This document shows positions 1-12,965 of a stretch of 64,000 nucleotides of DNA, in pieces. The translations under genes and the position numbers were made by a program. Each line of letters starts with the position of its first letter. Within the stretch, counting starts at the first letter, position 1. The stretch covers positions 72,852,001 through 72,916,000 of the forward strand of contig NW_024704742.1 of assembly GCF_018977255.1 (NCBI RefSeq). The letters run 5' to 3'. The notes beneath the pieces are model-generated. The model was given only the letters and a program-made list of their open reading frames with translations, made no database searches and was not told where the DNA came from. This DNA is from Callorhinchus milii. Its lineage: Eukaryota.

Positions 1-226
1 TCCATCCCGCAGTCCCTCCGCCTCGCTCCCTCCCTTGCATCCTTCAAGATCCATCTCAAGACCTTCCTTTTCGACTGTGCTTTCGATCACCCTGCTTCAC
101 CCCTGCCCTCCACCCTCCCACACCCCGACCCTTAGCTCGGGTCCGAAACTCTGACTGTCCAGCACCTTGGGATGTCCTCCTGACGTGAAAGGCGCTATAC
201 AAATGTAATTTTGTTGTTTTTGTTGT
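1..226 (+). mobile_element. L2 LINE 3' end fragment
   Basis: End of ORF2-like sequence (..ctcaagaccttccttttcgactgtgc..), terminal motif ttgggatgtcctcctgacgtgaaaggcgctatacaaatg and (TTG)n tail, as in the longer L2 copies here. Confidence 0.85.
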
Positions 227-1092
227 AGGATATGATCAATAAACCCTACAGGGAAAAAAGGTCTCAACTTTTATGCTGTACGTAATATTATTATTGTTAT
301 TACATAACCAAGGGTTCAGTATATTCCATATAGCTAGTGCATTGCTGCATTCAATGAATGTTGTAAATTTGTCCATGTACTCTGTACTCATAATTAATAA
401 GGCAATTTCATAGTTAAATATTTAATTTTTAATGTAATACTATTAATGAATTAAATTTGGTCTGCGGTTATTTATGTTTGTGGGACATTGCTGTGTATAA
501 CTGGCTGCCGTGTTTCGCCCTCAAAATAGTCAATCGACTTTACAGTAAATCCTGTGGAGTACTTTGAGACGTCTTAATGAGGTGATAAGGTGCTAGTTCA
601 AATGCAAGGATTACTATTATTATGATGGCTGGAAACTCGCCTGCCGTTAGAAGGGGAACATGAAGCAAACTGCTGTTAATTGAGAGCAAACACTGTTTAT
701 TTACGAGTTTATTCTATGTCCTCACTTACTCTGATCGCTTTTTATCTTATGGGCTTTTTCTCAAGAATCACCTCCTCACAATAACATCTAGGTCTCACCT
801 TTTAAAGGTTTTAAAAGTCCGAAGTTTTCAAACTTTATTTTACTAATGAAAATATCACCTCTTATTTTACATGTACTTAGCATTACTCAGGGAAATTGTG
901 ACCTTAACCTCTAGGCTTCACTGTAGTATCATTCGTTTATTGTTATTTTAAATTAAATTGCTAATTACCATTTACACCATCACTGTGTGTAGAGACCTAG
1001 GGGTAACAATTCCATCCAGCACATGCTGCACAAGTACAATCCCAATAAAAATCACAATGGAATTTTTACCCCAATGCTGATATGCTTAGAAT

Positions 1093-1541
1093 AAGAATAA
1101 TCTGATATTTTTCATGGCACCTTATCTTGTTGAAATGGCTCAAAACATTTCACAAAATTTACTGTAAAGTGTAGTGACTATATTTTAGGCAAACTGGCAG
1201 CCAAATTGTACAGAGCAATGTCCTACAAACACAAAGTGAATGACAAATTTTATTTGGTGAATTGTTGGCTAGGACACTGGAAGAAACTATAGTCTCTGAG
1301 TTCCAGCATCTGCAGTATTTTGCATTTTGTTTATAGCCTCTGAATAGCATCATGGGATCTTTAACATCCACTTGAACAGGCTGGCAGGACCATGGTTTAA
1401 CATCTCATTTGAAGGAAGGGCATTCCAGACATTGAAAATACTCCCAGTGCTGCATTTTGAGCTCAAGGACTGACATGAGTTTTATACCCACAACTTTCTG
1501 ACTCAGAGGTAAGAGTGCTGCCAACTGATCCAGTCTGACAA
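1093..1541 (-). mobile_element. Older tRNA-derived Deu-SINE (SacSINE1-like), near full length
   Basis: Reverse strand: tRNA-like head (cagttggcagcactcttacctctgagtcagaaagttgtggg), body caagtggatgttaaagatcccatg, Deu-like core and L2-type tail. Confidence 0.75.
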
Positions 1542-3379
1542 CTGCTTTCACCTTAATGGGTGGAATACCTTACACCTAAAATGGTTTACACATAAAATAA
1601 ATACCCATTCTAAACATCAGTTGCAGACATTAGCCAAATACTCCCCCTGCTCGGGTCATGACCCAACTGTGCAGCGTCTTGGGACGTCCTCCTGACGTGA
1701 AAGGCGCTCTATAAATGGAATCTTGTTGTTGTTGTTGTTTGTTTGTTGTAAGATCACATGTTCTTGACAATGGTTGTAACCAGGTTTAAGATAAAAGGGC
1801 AAATAAATTGTCATGTGAATGTATCAGATATGATGCATTTCCCACCCCCCTGCCCCCACCACCACAGCGCCCACCCCAGCTCAGATGCCCAGCCAGTGTC
1901 AAGCACTTTGGGACAACCTCTCAACATGAAAGGCACTATACAAATGCTAATTTGTATTGTATACTTTTTTAAATTCTGTAGGTTATTCTATAACCACAGC
2001 AAACGTGAAACTTTACTACTCAAAATTGGAAGATTTCTGGTCAGTAACCACATTCATATTCTATACATTATTCTAATCTACAACTGTGACTGCCCATTAC
2101 ACAGTCTCAGTTTGCTGCAATACCAGCATTTACAATGTACACCAAGATCTTCTGGCGTCTTGAGAAGTTTGTGGCTATGTCGAGATGTGCAAAAACCAGC
2201 ACAAAAAGAAGTTCATATTCCATTTGTTGTAATTGTAGGTTTTTGGTGGAATCCTTAATCGTGGCATCGATAAACCTATCAATCGGCAACTAATTTAAGT
2301 TGAAATATTGAATGCTAATAAATTTTGCGTTAAATATTTTCAAATGACTGAAGGCATTTCAAAGAACGTTGCTATGCAGTGACTATTTGCAAGCGAATGG
2401 CAGACAGTGTGTGCACAATAATGTACCATAAAGAAGCATACAGGGAATGATTAATTTATCTGGAGAACGTTTGGCCCAAAGCAACTGCCTTCTCTTTTTC
2501 AATTGTTAATTTGACAAATAGCTAAAAGTCCATCGCCTTTGGCATTAGGAAAGTACCTGGAAAATGAAGGGCCAGAAAATAACAGAAAACCAAGAGGTTG
2601 GGAAAATAACGGAAAAGTGAGGAGTCCCTTCAGGAAATAAATGCAATACTGCCACTTTCTATTGGAAAAGGGCACCATGCATAAATTGCAGAATACACTT
2701 TAGTGGATGATGAGTATCATAGACAGTTTATTGGTACATCAATCTCAGCAGATTTCCCCCAAGGAATGCATCAGATGTAGTTTGCAACTCTGCCATGTTT
2801 ATTGACAAGTATGTAGTGTAGCTTATTTTGACCAGTGACCCATGTGTGCAAAATACAGAAAGCAAAATAAAATCAAATTAACTTGTGTGACAATTCTAAG
2901 ATTGAATGAGGCTTTTTGCTGACATGCTTCCACAGGTTGTAAATTGGCGAGATCACGTTTAAAGCACGTCCTTGCCTTCCTGACATGAAAGGCGCTATAC
3001 AAATACAACTGTTGTATATATTGCTTTGTAAGTGTCTATTTTTACATTTGGTACTGGTACATTTTGTACAGACATACAAAAAACAACCAATTTTTTTGCA
3101 TGTCTGTATGTAGTGCACAGACAACAGTAAAGTATACTTTACATTGATTGTACACAGCAGTCATGTACATTAAAGACCACATCCAATTTGTCCTGTTGTG
3201 TCTTTATACACTTCAATTTGGATGTTAACTTTATGTCAGTCTGGCTCAGTTGATAGCACTCTCGTCTCAGAGTCAGCAGATTGTGGTGGAAACCACACAT
3301 CAAGATTTGAGCTCACAATTTAGGTTCACTCAAAAAAAAACAGTTTACAGTATATCCTGTGAAGCACTTTAAGACTTTC

Positions 3380-4412
3380 ACTTTATCTCTTCAAACAATT
3401 TCTCCTCCCGCCCCCGCCCGGTCATGTGTGGTGTACCCCAGGGCACCAGTCTTGGCCCCCTCCTCTACCTCATCTACACGCTCCCTCACGACAATGTCAT
3501 CATAAACTTCCACATGTATGCAGATGATACACAAATCTATTTCTCCTCCTCCAGCTGCGACTCCAGGTCCGCCGATGTTCTGTTGGCTTGTCTAGTAGAC
3601 GACAGTGCCTGGATGAGCGCAAATTTATTGCAACTAAACATCAACCAGATGAAAGCCATACTCCTTGGCTCCCACCATTGTCTTCTGTCCTGCGGCTCTG
3701 ATCTCCTGAACCTTCCTAGCCTATCCCTCAGACTTACCAAACCAGTGCACATCTTAGGCCTCAGGTTCAGCCCACAGTTGTCCTGCCTTCCCCATATCTC
3801 GTCCCTGACCAGGACCACCTTCCTCCACCTCCGCCACATTGCCCACCTCTGGCCATACCTTAACCCAGACGCAGATGATACACTTGTCCCAACTTGACTT
3901 TTCAAATGCCCAGCTCCACCATCTACAAGATGCTGATCCAAAACTCCACTGCTCACATATTCACTCTGTACTCCCACCCCAACAGTTCTAGCCAGGCTCC
4001 AATGGCTCCCTATCGCCGAATGGATTGATTTAAAAATCCTCACACTCGTTTTCAAATCCCTTCGTGCCCTGGCACCTCTCTACCTCTCTGACCTGCTTAC
4101 TCCCCAATCCACAACCCACTGCCTCCGTTCGACTGGTTCCAGCCTCCTGCATTTTTCTCGTGCCCTCCATTCCACCATCGGTGGCTGCGCTTTCAGCCAC
4201 TATGCCCCAAAACTCTGGAACACTCTTCCTCTAACCCTCAGCCTTCCCCTTTCCTTCCCCATCTTCAGATTGTGTCTGAAGATCTTCCCATTTGACAGTT
4301 CCTAAGGTCACCTTTCCTCTCCCCCCCCGGCTTGCCATCGTGCTCCACCACTGTCAAGCACTCTGGGTCGCTACCCTGCGTGAGGGATGCTATATAAATG
4401 CAAATTGTTCTT
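3380..4412 (+). mobile_element. L2 LINE fragment: RT C-terminal half to 3' tail, decayed
   Basis: ORF 3424-3897 has GVPQGTSLGPLLYLIY and MYADDTQIYF; followed by an RLQWLPI..IDLKIL-type segment and the L2 terminal motif. Confidence 0.9.
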
Positions 4413-4989
4413 GTCGAATGAATGAGAGAGATGTCCAGGAATGGGAATAGGCTGCAAGGCCTCAAAGTTGAAAGCAGAACATTGAGAGTATAAGTAACCT
4501 AGATCAAGGGGGTGATGGTGAGAGTCAGATTCTTCCAGTTGCTGACTTGCGACTTGGTTCAAATATATTCTATTAATATAATATAAGTATTACATTGTAT
4601 TGTTTGGAGTTCATGACCTATCAAACATGATACTTTCCCAAAGGAGCTGGAGTCTGTGATAGGGTGAGCTTTGCAAGTTCTGGGGCAAGAGTCACACGAA
4701 TGGCTGAATAGCTTCTTTTTTCATGCTTTCTTACAACCAGCCAATCTGGCTCGACAGGAGGGTTTGGAAGGCAGACCAGTCATTGGAGGCAGGGATTCTT
4801 TCCACTCAGCTCCTGTTAGTCTGCTGGCCAAAGACCAATGGTAGAGTGGTCCTCGCTGTACAGGCAGCAAGAAGCTTCCAACTCAGTGTTTGCAAAGGCA
4901 AACTGCACCGTTCTTTCTGGATACCTCCAGCAGTATCCTACAGCACATTTTGGGGGGTCCCCAACCCTTGACTTTTGCTAACCTTCAGC

Positions 4990-5200
4990 TACTCTCCCTG
5001 AAACTATGGAACTCTCTGCCTCAATCCCTCCCATTTGCTTCCCCCTTGCCCGTCCTTACATCACACCTGAAAACCTTCCTCTTCAAAACGTGTCTACAGT
5101 CACCTCCCCCATGTCCCCAGCTCAGCGTCAAGCTCTGCTATTGTAAGCAGTCCGAGATGCTACTCCAAGTGAAAGACATGATATAAATGCAAATTGCTGC
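4990..5200 (+). mobile_element. L2 3' tail fragment
   Basis: KLWNSLPQSL..HLKTFLF and terminal motif gtgaaagacatgatataaatgcaaattg. Confidence 0.75.
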
Positions 5201-5220
5201 TGACCTAATACTTGGAACTT

Positions 5221-5295
5221 TCAGTTTGGTTTGGATACTCTGAAGCACAGCGATGCATTTAAACATGTATCAAAATGCTTGAGAGGCNAAAAAAA
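5221..5295 (+). mobile_element. Element X, short 3' end fragment with A-tail
   Basis: tcagtttggtttggatactct..agca matches the 3' part of the 38850-39424 copy and is followed by an A run. Confidence 0.6.
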
Positions 5296-5640
5296 CTGCT
5301 GATAAAACTGTTTTTGTTGTGCAACAAACTTGTCCCTTCCCGATTCCTGGTGCTGCTGTCCAGGTGCTTCCCTCACTAGATTCCTTACAGTTGTTTTGAA
5401 GATTTTTTCCAACTGATTAATTGATCTAAGTTTCCAAGCATGGCGCATGACTCTTCAAAAGTATTTTTCCATTTTCCAATCCTCGGGAACCTCTCCAGAG
5501 CCAAATGAACTATTAGAAACACAAGTGAATGCATGCTGTTGGGATCTGGTGGGTTTGGCCATGATGTAATTTCTATATTTATCTGCACACTTCTTATTGC
5601 CATTAGTGCCACAGAAATGATAATGTAAAGGCAGATGCAA
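5296..5640 (-). mobile_element. CR1-type LINE fragment, RT N-terminal region
   Basis: Minus ORFs give SSFGSGEVPEDWK and LEKIFKTTVRNL, typical of the start of the CR1 RT. Confidence 0.7.
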
Positions 5641-5844
5641 TAATAATCCTTGCATTATCATGTCATTGAGACGTCTCGAAGCGTTTCAAAAAATATTGTA
5701 AATTGAATTGACTGTATATTTTGCTGACGAAACGCAATTCTTCATAAATGCAAGTATTTGTTCAAGACCTGTATGTGATATTTTCTTAAGTACAGATTTC
5801 TATTTGCCTCTGACATTTAAGTAAGCCACTGAGTTCTTTTACAC

Positions 5845-6330
5845 TTCAGGACTTTGAGCTCACAGTCCAGGCTGACACTCTAATACAGCTGAGGTGCGTG
5901 GCATCGTTCGAGGTGCTGTCCTATGGATGAGACGTAACACTGAGGTGACATCTTAAAGAATTCATGGCACTATTCAAAAAGAGAAGGAAATTTCTCCCCA
6001 TGTCCTAGTCAACAATCCCCCAAGTAAAATTGATCATTTACTATTTACAACAAATTGCATTTATATAGCGACTTTCACGCTAGGTAGCATTTCAATTTAT
6101 TTAACAATGGTGGAGCTTGACACTGATCTGGGCAGAAAGGGCCGGTGACTGTAAGCACAGTTGTAGAGGAAAGCCCTCATGACAGTCATGACTGTTTGTG
6201 ATATTGCTATGCACAAGTTAATTGCCTACAAATGCAGTCACCACACCTTCACAATAATATCCTATGAAGTTCTTTCAGATGTCTCGATGACATAAGATAC
6301 TATATAAAATTCAAGGATCAGTATGATTAA
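5845..6330 (+). mobile_element. SacSINE1-like Deu-SINE interrupted by a minus-strand L2 tail (~6048-6175)
   Basis: Body ccaggctgacactc..gatgagacgt..catggcactattc, Deu-like gactgtttgtg..tgcacaagtt and tail. Confidence 0.65.
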
Positions 6331-6559
6331 TGATGTTATTCCGAAATACATTAATTTTTTTGCTTCAACCATAACTGAGGAAGTTCTTCCTTCTTAATAA
6401 TAATAATGAATGGTTCAGATGAAGAAAATCCTTTGGCCCATTTGATTTCATCCTTCTGGAATATCCACCTTATTTTTGTTTTAAAATAACAAGTCCAACA
6501 TCCTAGCCTCAGTAGTTTACTCCACGTACATTTAAAATAAAACTTTTTGAGAACCTACT

Positions 6560-6875
6560 TATAATAATAATCCTTTGTGTTTTGTACAGCACCTTATCAC
6601 GTTGTTGATAGGTCTCAAAGTGCTTTACAGAATATATTGTAAACTTAATTGATTGTGTATTTTGTGGGCAAACCCAACCGCCAATTTGCACAGTAGTGTC
6701 CCACAAACAGTTGTGGATTGAGGGACAATTTTTTTTGAGGGAATATAAATCCTGGAAAGCGATCTACCAATAGTCTAACAACCAGGTTCCTACTTACTGC
6801 TGTGGAGGCGTGTGGAATAAGCAAACTTGCCTAAAGTTTTGCCCCGCCCAGGAATTGAACTTGGGTCCTCTCGCT
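6560..6875 (-). mobile_element. tRNA/CORE-like/Deu SINE, long variant, 5'-eroded
   Basis: Matches 29633-30006 on the reverse strand (ggttcctacttactgct, gtcccacaaacag, ATT tail). Confidence 0.8.
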
Positions 6876-6989
6876 ATGGAACCACTTGAAGAGGCTAGAC
6901 CCATATCAGGATCCCAAAGTTTGAAAAGTACAGTGGAGAAAAGAAAGTAAATCAAGTTGTGGTTAGGTGAGTGTTTTAATAGATTGTTT

Positions 6990-7210
6990 CCACTTGTAAG
7001 ATCAAAACAAGAGGATATAAATATAAGAAAAGCAGTAGGAAATCTAAAAAGGGAGTCTAGAAAAAACTTCTTCATGCAGAGGGTGATAAGAATGTGGAAG
7101 CAAAAAAAATCAACAAACATAAGAGAAAATTAATGAATGCATGAGGGAAAAGGGAGCATAGGGATATAGTAGACGGTAATAGGAGGCTCAATTGCAGTAT
7201 AAATACATTT
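6990..7210 (+). mobile_element. CR1 3' end fragment
   Basis: aacttcttcatgcagagggtgataagaatgtggaa encodes an FFxQRVxxxW motif of the CR1 ORF2 end. Confidence 0.6.
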
Positions 7211-7329
7211 GAAATTAGAAAAGAGTCTAAGGCTAGAATCTTGACCCAAGGAAGGTTAAGATCAGAACTATCAAAGCATGAGGAACCTCAGAGACAGGTA
7301 CTGTAATTTGATGTTGTTGTACTGCTTTT

Positions 7330-8100
7330 TATTTGTTAAAATAAATATTTCCCTTAATTTTTAAACATTTTAATTCTCCTACTTGCCAATTTTTTTAATG
7401 TTGTTAAATGACCAGCTACTTTGCCTTTTTACAGATCCTCCTTACATCTTTAGCGAAATGCATTTTGACTTTACTGCGTTGAATTTACACGGCTTGAGAA
7501 TTTGTCATTTTTTGCTGTAGAGTTCCCCAACATTTGAATTTTCCTGAATCAAATTTGCATTCCCAAGTAACTCTTTTCTAAAACATTGTCCAACATCCTC
7601 ATGCCCTTTCCACTTAGTCAAAAAGAATTTTCAATCCAGTAACATTATTATCAAAAGATTCTCTCTGCTCTATAGCTTCAGTCTTATTTACCAGGGGCTC
7701 ATATCCCATGATGTCACCAGAATAACCTCTAACCCCATCGGCTACTCACAAACAGTGTAAGGAAGCCACCCAGCACTATCTCCAGCGGCATGCACACTTC
7801 CTTAGTTTTTTCCACTGTTGCAGTCACACTTAGTATCTAGGTCAATTACATTTCCCATGATTAATATTCTGGCCTTTTTACAGATCTCCCTTATCTATAG
7901 AAACACGTTCCGCTTTACAGTTTCCTTCTGTGCAAGAAAAGGTTAAAAAAAAGCATCACCTTCTCCTTTATTTTTATCACAGCCATCAATGCAAATGAAC
8001 TCTGCTGTACCAGCCTGAATACTTACTTCCCTTCTTTCTGTTGAGATAATATCTTCCCACACTCACACCGCCCCCACTCTCTCGTGCTTTGTTATATTTA
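7330..8100 (-). mobile_element. Decayed CR1 fragment (endonuclease/linker region)
   Basis: Reverse translation near 7840-7900 gives IREICKKARILIMGN, resembling the APE-endonuclease MGDFN region; many stops. Confidence 0.5.
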
Positions 8101-8709
8101 CTCATTTCAATAATCACCTTGTTCATGTTCCAGCTTAACCCAGCATCCCTTACCTCAATTACGATCCCTGCCTCTTGTCTTTCATTTATTTTTCCCCAAT
8201 TTTTACTTTCATCCTCCTCCTCAATTGTAAATTCACTTGTTGTTTGTGGACCTCACTGCAAAAGATTAGCTGCCAAGTTTGCCAGCATAACATTTGATAT
8301 TGTACACAGGTTTATTATTTATTTCCACATCATCCCATTCTTTGTTTGAGTCATTATTAGGTTCTGTCTGCCTTTTAACTCAAGTGAACCTAAAGTGATT
8401 ATTGCTCTGCCGTCGATATTTCAAAGAAACCCAATGACCGACTTAGCCATAAGTTTACCTTTAGGTGCACTGTACCTGAGAAGGACTGAGTTTTGATGGT
8501 AAAAGCTGTTAACTGATCTGCCCCAATCTTTCTTACTTTAGAACTGGGCAAAAGTGGGCCTTTAGCTTCTAGAACAAAGCCAGAGAGATCCTAGGATTTG
8601 TTCAGTTTCGATCCAGCTACTGTTAGGTCAAGGTTGTTGTGAAGAGTGCATTGCATCGGTTGATCGCACGCCTGAGAAACTGAAAACCTGATCAATACAA
8701 TAAAATAAA

Positions 8710-9075
8710 AAATTACATTTGTCTAGCACTTTTCACTTCGGGAGGATGTCCCAGGTGCTAAGCAGTCAGGGATTAGGATCCGAGCAGGGGTGGGGTGGGG
8801 GGTGGGATCAGGGAGGGTGGAGGGCAGTAAAGGTAGGAGGGTGGCCAAAGGAGACAGAGGGAGCCTTGGTCTCAGATGGACAGAATGTCATTTGTCACCT
8901 TGACCAGGGCTGTTTCTGTACTGTGGGCAGGACAGAAACCCGATTGGAGGAGTTCATAAAGGGAGTGGCAGGAGAGGAAAGAGTAAAGATGGGAAGCAAC
9001 AACTCTTTCAAGGACCTTGGAAAGGAAAGGGAGGTTGGAGATGGGGCAGTAGATTGTGAGCAGGGTGGGAACCAT
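8710..9075 (-). mobile_element. L2 fragment: RT domains 1-2 next to a 3' tail
   Basis: ORF 8872-9087 has PISNLPFLSKVLERVV..LQSGF..AHSTETALVKVTNDIL; L2 tail at ~8710-8850. Confidence 0.85.
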
Positions 9076-10514
9076 GAATGAGAGCACAAACCCAGGTGTT
9101 ACAAGTGGTCAGTCTTGCCTGTCTCCATCATTGGCATTGGAGGCCATTGAGATCTCTTCCCCTCCCCACCCCCATGTTAAACTTGGCTCTGACTATGGGG
9201 GTTCACCATTGTGGTTACAGTGGTATGAGGAAAGGACAGTGAAGTGGTTCTAAACATATAGCTTTTTCCAGCTCAGGCCATCTAGCCAGTCAGTCATGAT
9301 GGGCTGAATGGCCTCCTTTATGGTGCACGTTCTTCTAGAAGTGAAAATGTGCACTCCTGAGCAAGAGTAGAATCCATTCATTTATTACTGAAAATAAGGT
9401 TTTACTCCAGCTACGAAAGATGACAGTTGAGGTGTTTTGATCACATCATCAAAAAAAGTCTCAAAACTCTTATATATTGACTGTGTATTTGAGGGCAAAC
9501 GTGGCAACTCAACATTGTCCCACAAACAGCCATAAGGTGAATGACCATTTTTATCTGGGGAATTGTTGGCTAGGATCACATTGCTGTGCATCTTCGTGTG
9601 TTATAAGCGCCTCTATGATGGAGTTAATGTAAGAGAGAAAGAGAAATATAACAGGGTGGACAAAAGAGAGGACAGGAAGTCCTGGATGGGAGAGAAGGTT
9701 CAGAGACAATGCTGGAGTTTGAAGAGGAAATACTGAACCATTGTTTTAAAATTACCATCAACAGTTATAATTAAAGGATTCTCAGTCCTTTTGCACCTTT
9801 TCACCAAAGAACTGTTCAGTTCACTACAGCTCATTTTCCTTTCTAGGGCTGCACTGCAACTAAAATATTGGCACTGCTCCTATATTTGTGAGTTGTTCTC
9901 TGCTACTTTTATGTTTATACGTTTACATTGGGTAAAGGAAACTAATTAATTAAAGTATCAAAAATTGCAAGGGTTTTATTTTAAACCCTTTGAAATTCAT
10001 ACTATCTTCAAAAGATAATGTGTGTTTTTAAAGCATGGTTTCCCAGCAACTGCAACTCAGATATGCTTTAGGATCTCATCTAGTGCCAGTATTTCTTTTT
10101 AACCCTGATGCAGATTCAGATCTCTGATGGATGTTGCTGTCTCAATGAGTGTTTTTTTTCCTACACTGGTCATTCCAATTTCAGAATCTTATCTTTTAGG
10201 TGCTCTTAGTGAATGAGTTCTGGGTCCTGCTCACATCTGACCATTGCTTAAAAAGGAGCTAATTCTCCATTTTCAATTAGTCTAGAACTGACAAAAGATT
10301 CTATGAAGCATCTGTCCCCCAGCAGTGGTTGTTAAATTATTGTTGACTGATTTGCCCAGACAATTCATTTAACCAGAAAATTAGAAGAATGACCTGAGTT
10401 CACCAGTGTAATATTTTCCTTTCACACAAAGCATAATGAAGAAATAAATTCTAAATGATCATCAAATAAATCAATGAGGATGGGGAAGAATATTGAATGT
10501 GTATGGAAATACAA

Positions 10515-10772
10515 TGCTGCCTGTTTACCTAGCAATAAGGTTGTTAGTCGTTTGGCAGATCGCTTTCTGGAGGTAATAATCTCTCCACCCAAAAAAATGT
10601 GATCACTCACTCAATAAATGACTGTTTGTGGGACACTGCTGTGTGCAATTGGCTGCCTCATTTTGCCCACAAAACACACTCACTCCACTTTACAGTATAT
10701 TCTGCGAAGCGCTTTGAGATGTCGCAACGACGGGATAAGGCACTATATTAAATGCATGGATTATTATTATTA
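10515..10772 (+). mobile_element. tRNA/CORE-like/Deu SINE, 5'-truncated
   Basis: tgtttacctagcaataag, gactgtttgtgggacactgctgtgtgcaattggctgcc, tail ending (ATT)n. Confidence 0.8.
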
Positions 10773-11474
10773 TATACTACTGCTATGAACACAATACAGA
10801 GATGTGGAGGGGTTAACCTGGTTTATATTGGGCAGGGTGTTTAAAAAAAGCTCAATATAATATTTACATTTGATATAGTACCTTATCACATTTCAAGATA
10901 TCTCAAAGCACTTCACAAGGTTTTACTCTGAAGTTTAGTGACTGTGAAGTGAATGGCCAATTTTTATTTGGAGGATTGTTGGCGAGTACACCAGCAGAAA
11001 CTCCCTTCTCTTTTTGCATAGTGTTGTGGAATATTTAACATTCATCTGGCAGATAGGACCTCAGTGTTAGCCTACATGTGACAGCCATTTTGGCACCACA
11101 TCATCTCTTGACTGGTCAGACCATTGTAAGACAAATGAGACAATTCACAAAACCCGTGGTGCTTTGCCAGGGATCTCTCTGAAATTTGAGCAATGAGTTG
11201 CCCTTTAAAGTTTTGGGCTTTGTCCTTTATTTTTAAAGCAATCCAGCTCAGATCTTAGCTTGCTGATTGAATGAGCTCCAAGTCCTTAAATATGGTAGGT
11301 ACACTTCAACTATTGCTGAAGTGTTTAATCAAGTGACTCATCCTCCTAAAGACAGATTGCATTATGCCAAGCCCTTTCTTTGTTTGCTCAAAACAGCAAA
11401 GAAGTAGATCATTTCAGAAAATTCTTAGTTACTTATTGCAACAAAAGTCTAAATGAATAATCTTTTTCTCTTAC

Positions 11475-11624
11475 CAGTTCATGGGTTCGAACAGATATCT
11501 GAAACCAAGAGCTTTCCCCACCACATGTTGAGAGATTTCCCTCAACTTTCATTTGGACACATACCACATAAAGCAACATCACTACTAATTTGGGTGCTAC
11601 ATCACCATTACTCTGCATACTTAA
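11475..11624 (-). CDS. Candidate 150-bp phase 0-0 exon of an unidentified gene
   Basis: Acceptor attatctcttcttcAG, donor CTG|gtaaga; only one frame open: LSMQSNGDVAPKLVVMLLYVVCVQMKVEGNLSTCGGESSWFQISVRTHEL. No homolog recognised. Confidence 0.3.
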
Positions 11625-12209
11625 CTGAAGAAGAGATAATCTATCCTCAGTTGGTCTCTGCCGATTCGAGTTCAACTGCTACCCCTGCATCAGTTCCCTT
11701 AAGAATCAGCAGGTGTTTGTCACATAATCATAAGGAGCTGTGCCCCCCTATCTATATACCTCTTTTTCTATCTCTCTTTTTACTTGAGATAGTTCACTAG
11801 ATGTGAACATCATTTATTCAGCTGTCTGAATATAACACAAAGAGGTAACAAGCTGCAGTTCAGCCTTATCTTTACAACACTCTATTTGACCAAATCACCT
11901 ATTAACTTGGAATTGTCTTTATGGTTTGAATGAGACCATATGTAGATGTATTCTGAGCAAACAGATTTGTGAAAAACAAATAAGTAGGATAATGTCAATC
12001 GTCAGAAATAACTAAGTTGCCTGGAGACTTGATTAACATCCTGGTTGCACAAAACTGGAACAACAGAGCATATATCTTCTTATATATATCTTCATATAAC
12101 TTTCTTTCAACCCATAGGAAATTCAATGTTAGAGTAAAATTTGCAGTAATTTTAAAGTGCATGTATTAAACAAGGAATCTTTGATAATCCTTTGGATCAG
12201 AAATGTAAC

Positions 12210-12482
12210 CAAATTCCTGTCTACCTGTTCAGGTGGATGTTAAAGATTCCATGACCCTGTTCGAAAAGAGAAGGGAGTTCCTCATAGTGTCCTGCCCCGC
12301 AATCCCCCAAATAAAATTGGTCATTCAGTTTACGGCTATTTATGGGACATTGCTGTGTGCAAATTGACGGCTGCATTCAATTACAAAATACAATCACTAT
12401 GCCTTATATGAAATCCCGTGAAGCACTTTCAGTCATTCCCCTAACATGAAAGGCGCTATGCCAAATGCAAGCTATTATTATA
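12210..12482 (+). mobile_element. SacSINE1-like Deu-SINE, 3' part
   Basis: cctgttcaggtggatgttaaagattccatg, Deu core, tail gaaaggcgctatgccaaatgcaag. Confidence 0.8.
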
Positions 12483-12714
12483 GCTATTAGCAGGTTGTCC
12501 ACTGCTGTCCAGGTAAGGAGAATTGTCCTCTTAGAGTTTGACCAAAGCCATTTTTGTTAATCTAACATTTGTTTTAAAATGTAAATTTTAGTTGCTGAGT
12601 GATTTTGCTTAATGTATGTTTTCTGGGGATGAGTGGGAGACACTCACACCCTCCTTGGCCCAGAAATAGATTTTAAGTAACTGTGAGGTTTAGGCCTCAC
12701 TTAAAGGCAAGTGA

Positions 12715-12965
12715 ACAATTGTTGGCCAGACTATCAGAAGAAATTCCCTTCTCTTTTCAACTATGGTCATGTGGCCTTTAATGAACAAGTGGACAGGAAT
12801 TTTGTTTCACATCTCATCTGAAAGATAGAACTTCTGACATGGCAGCTCTCCCCAGGACTGCACCAGAGTGTCAGTCTGAACTATGAGCTCATTCTTAGTA
12901 TGGGACCTGAACTCACAACCTTGTGTTCCAGAGGCAAAAGTGCTACCAACTGAGCCAAGCTAACA
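12715..12965 (-). mobile_element. SacSINE1-like SINE, 5' part
   Basis: Reverse head ggctcagttggtagcacttttgcctctgg..ggttgtgagttcagg with A/B-box-like motifs. Confidence 0.7.

Noticed and set aside
1758..2289. 166-aa (+) and 60-aa (-) ORFs
   Set aside because: Partly an L2 tail; no homology or convincing splice-site pair.
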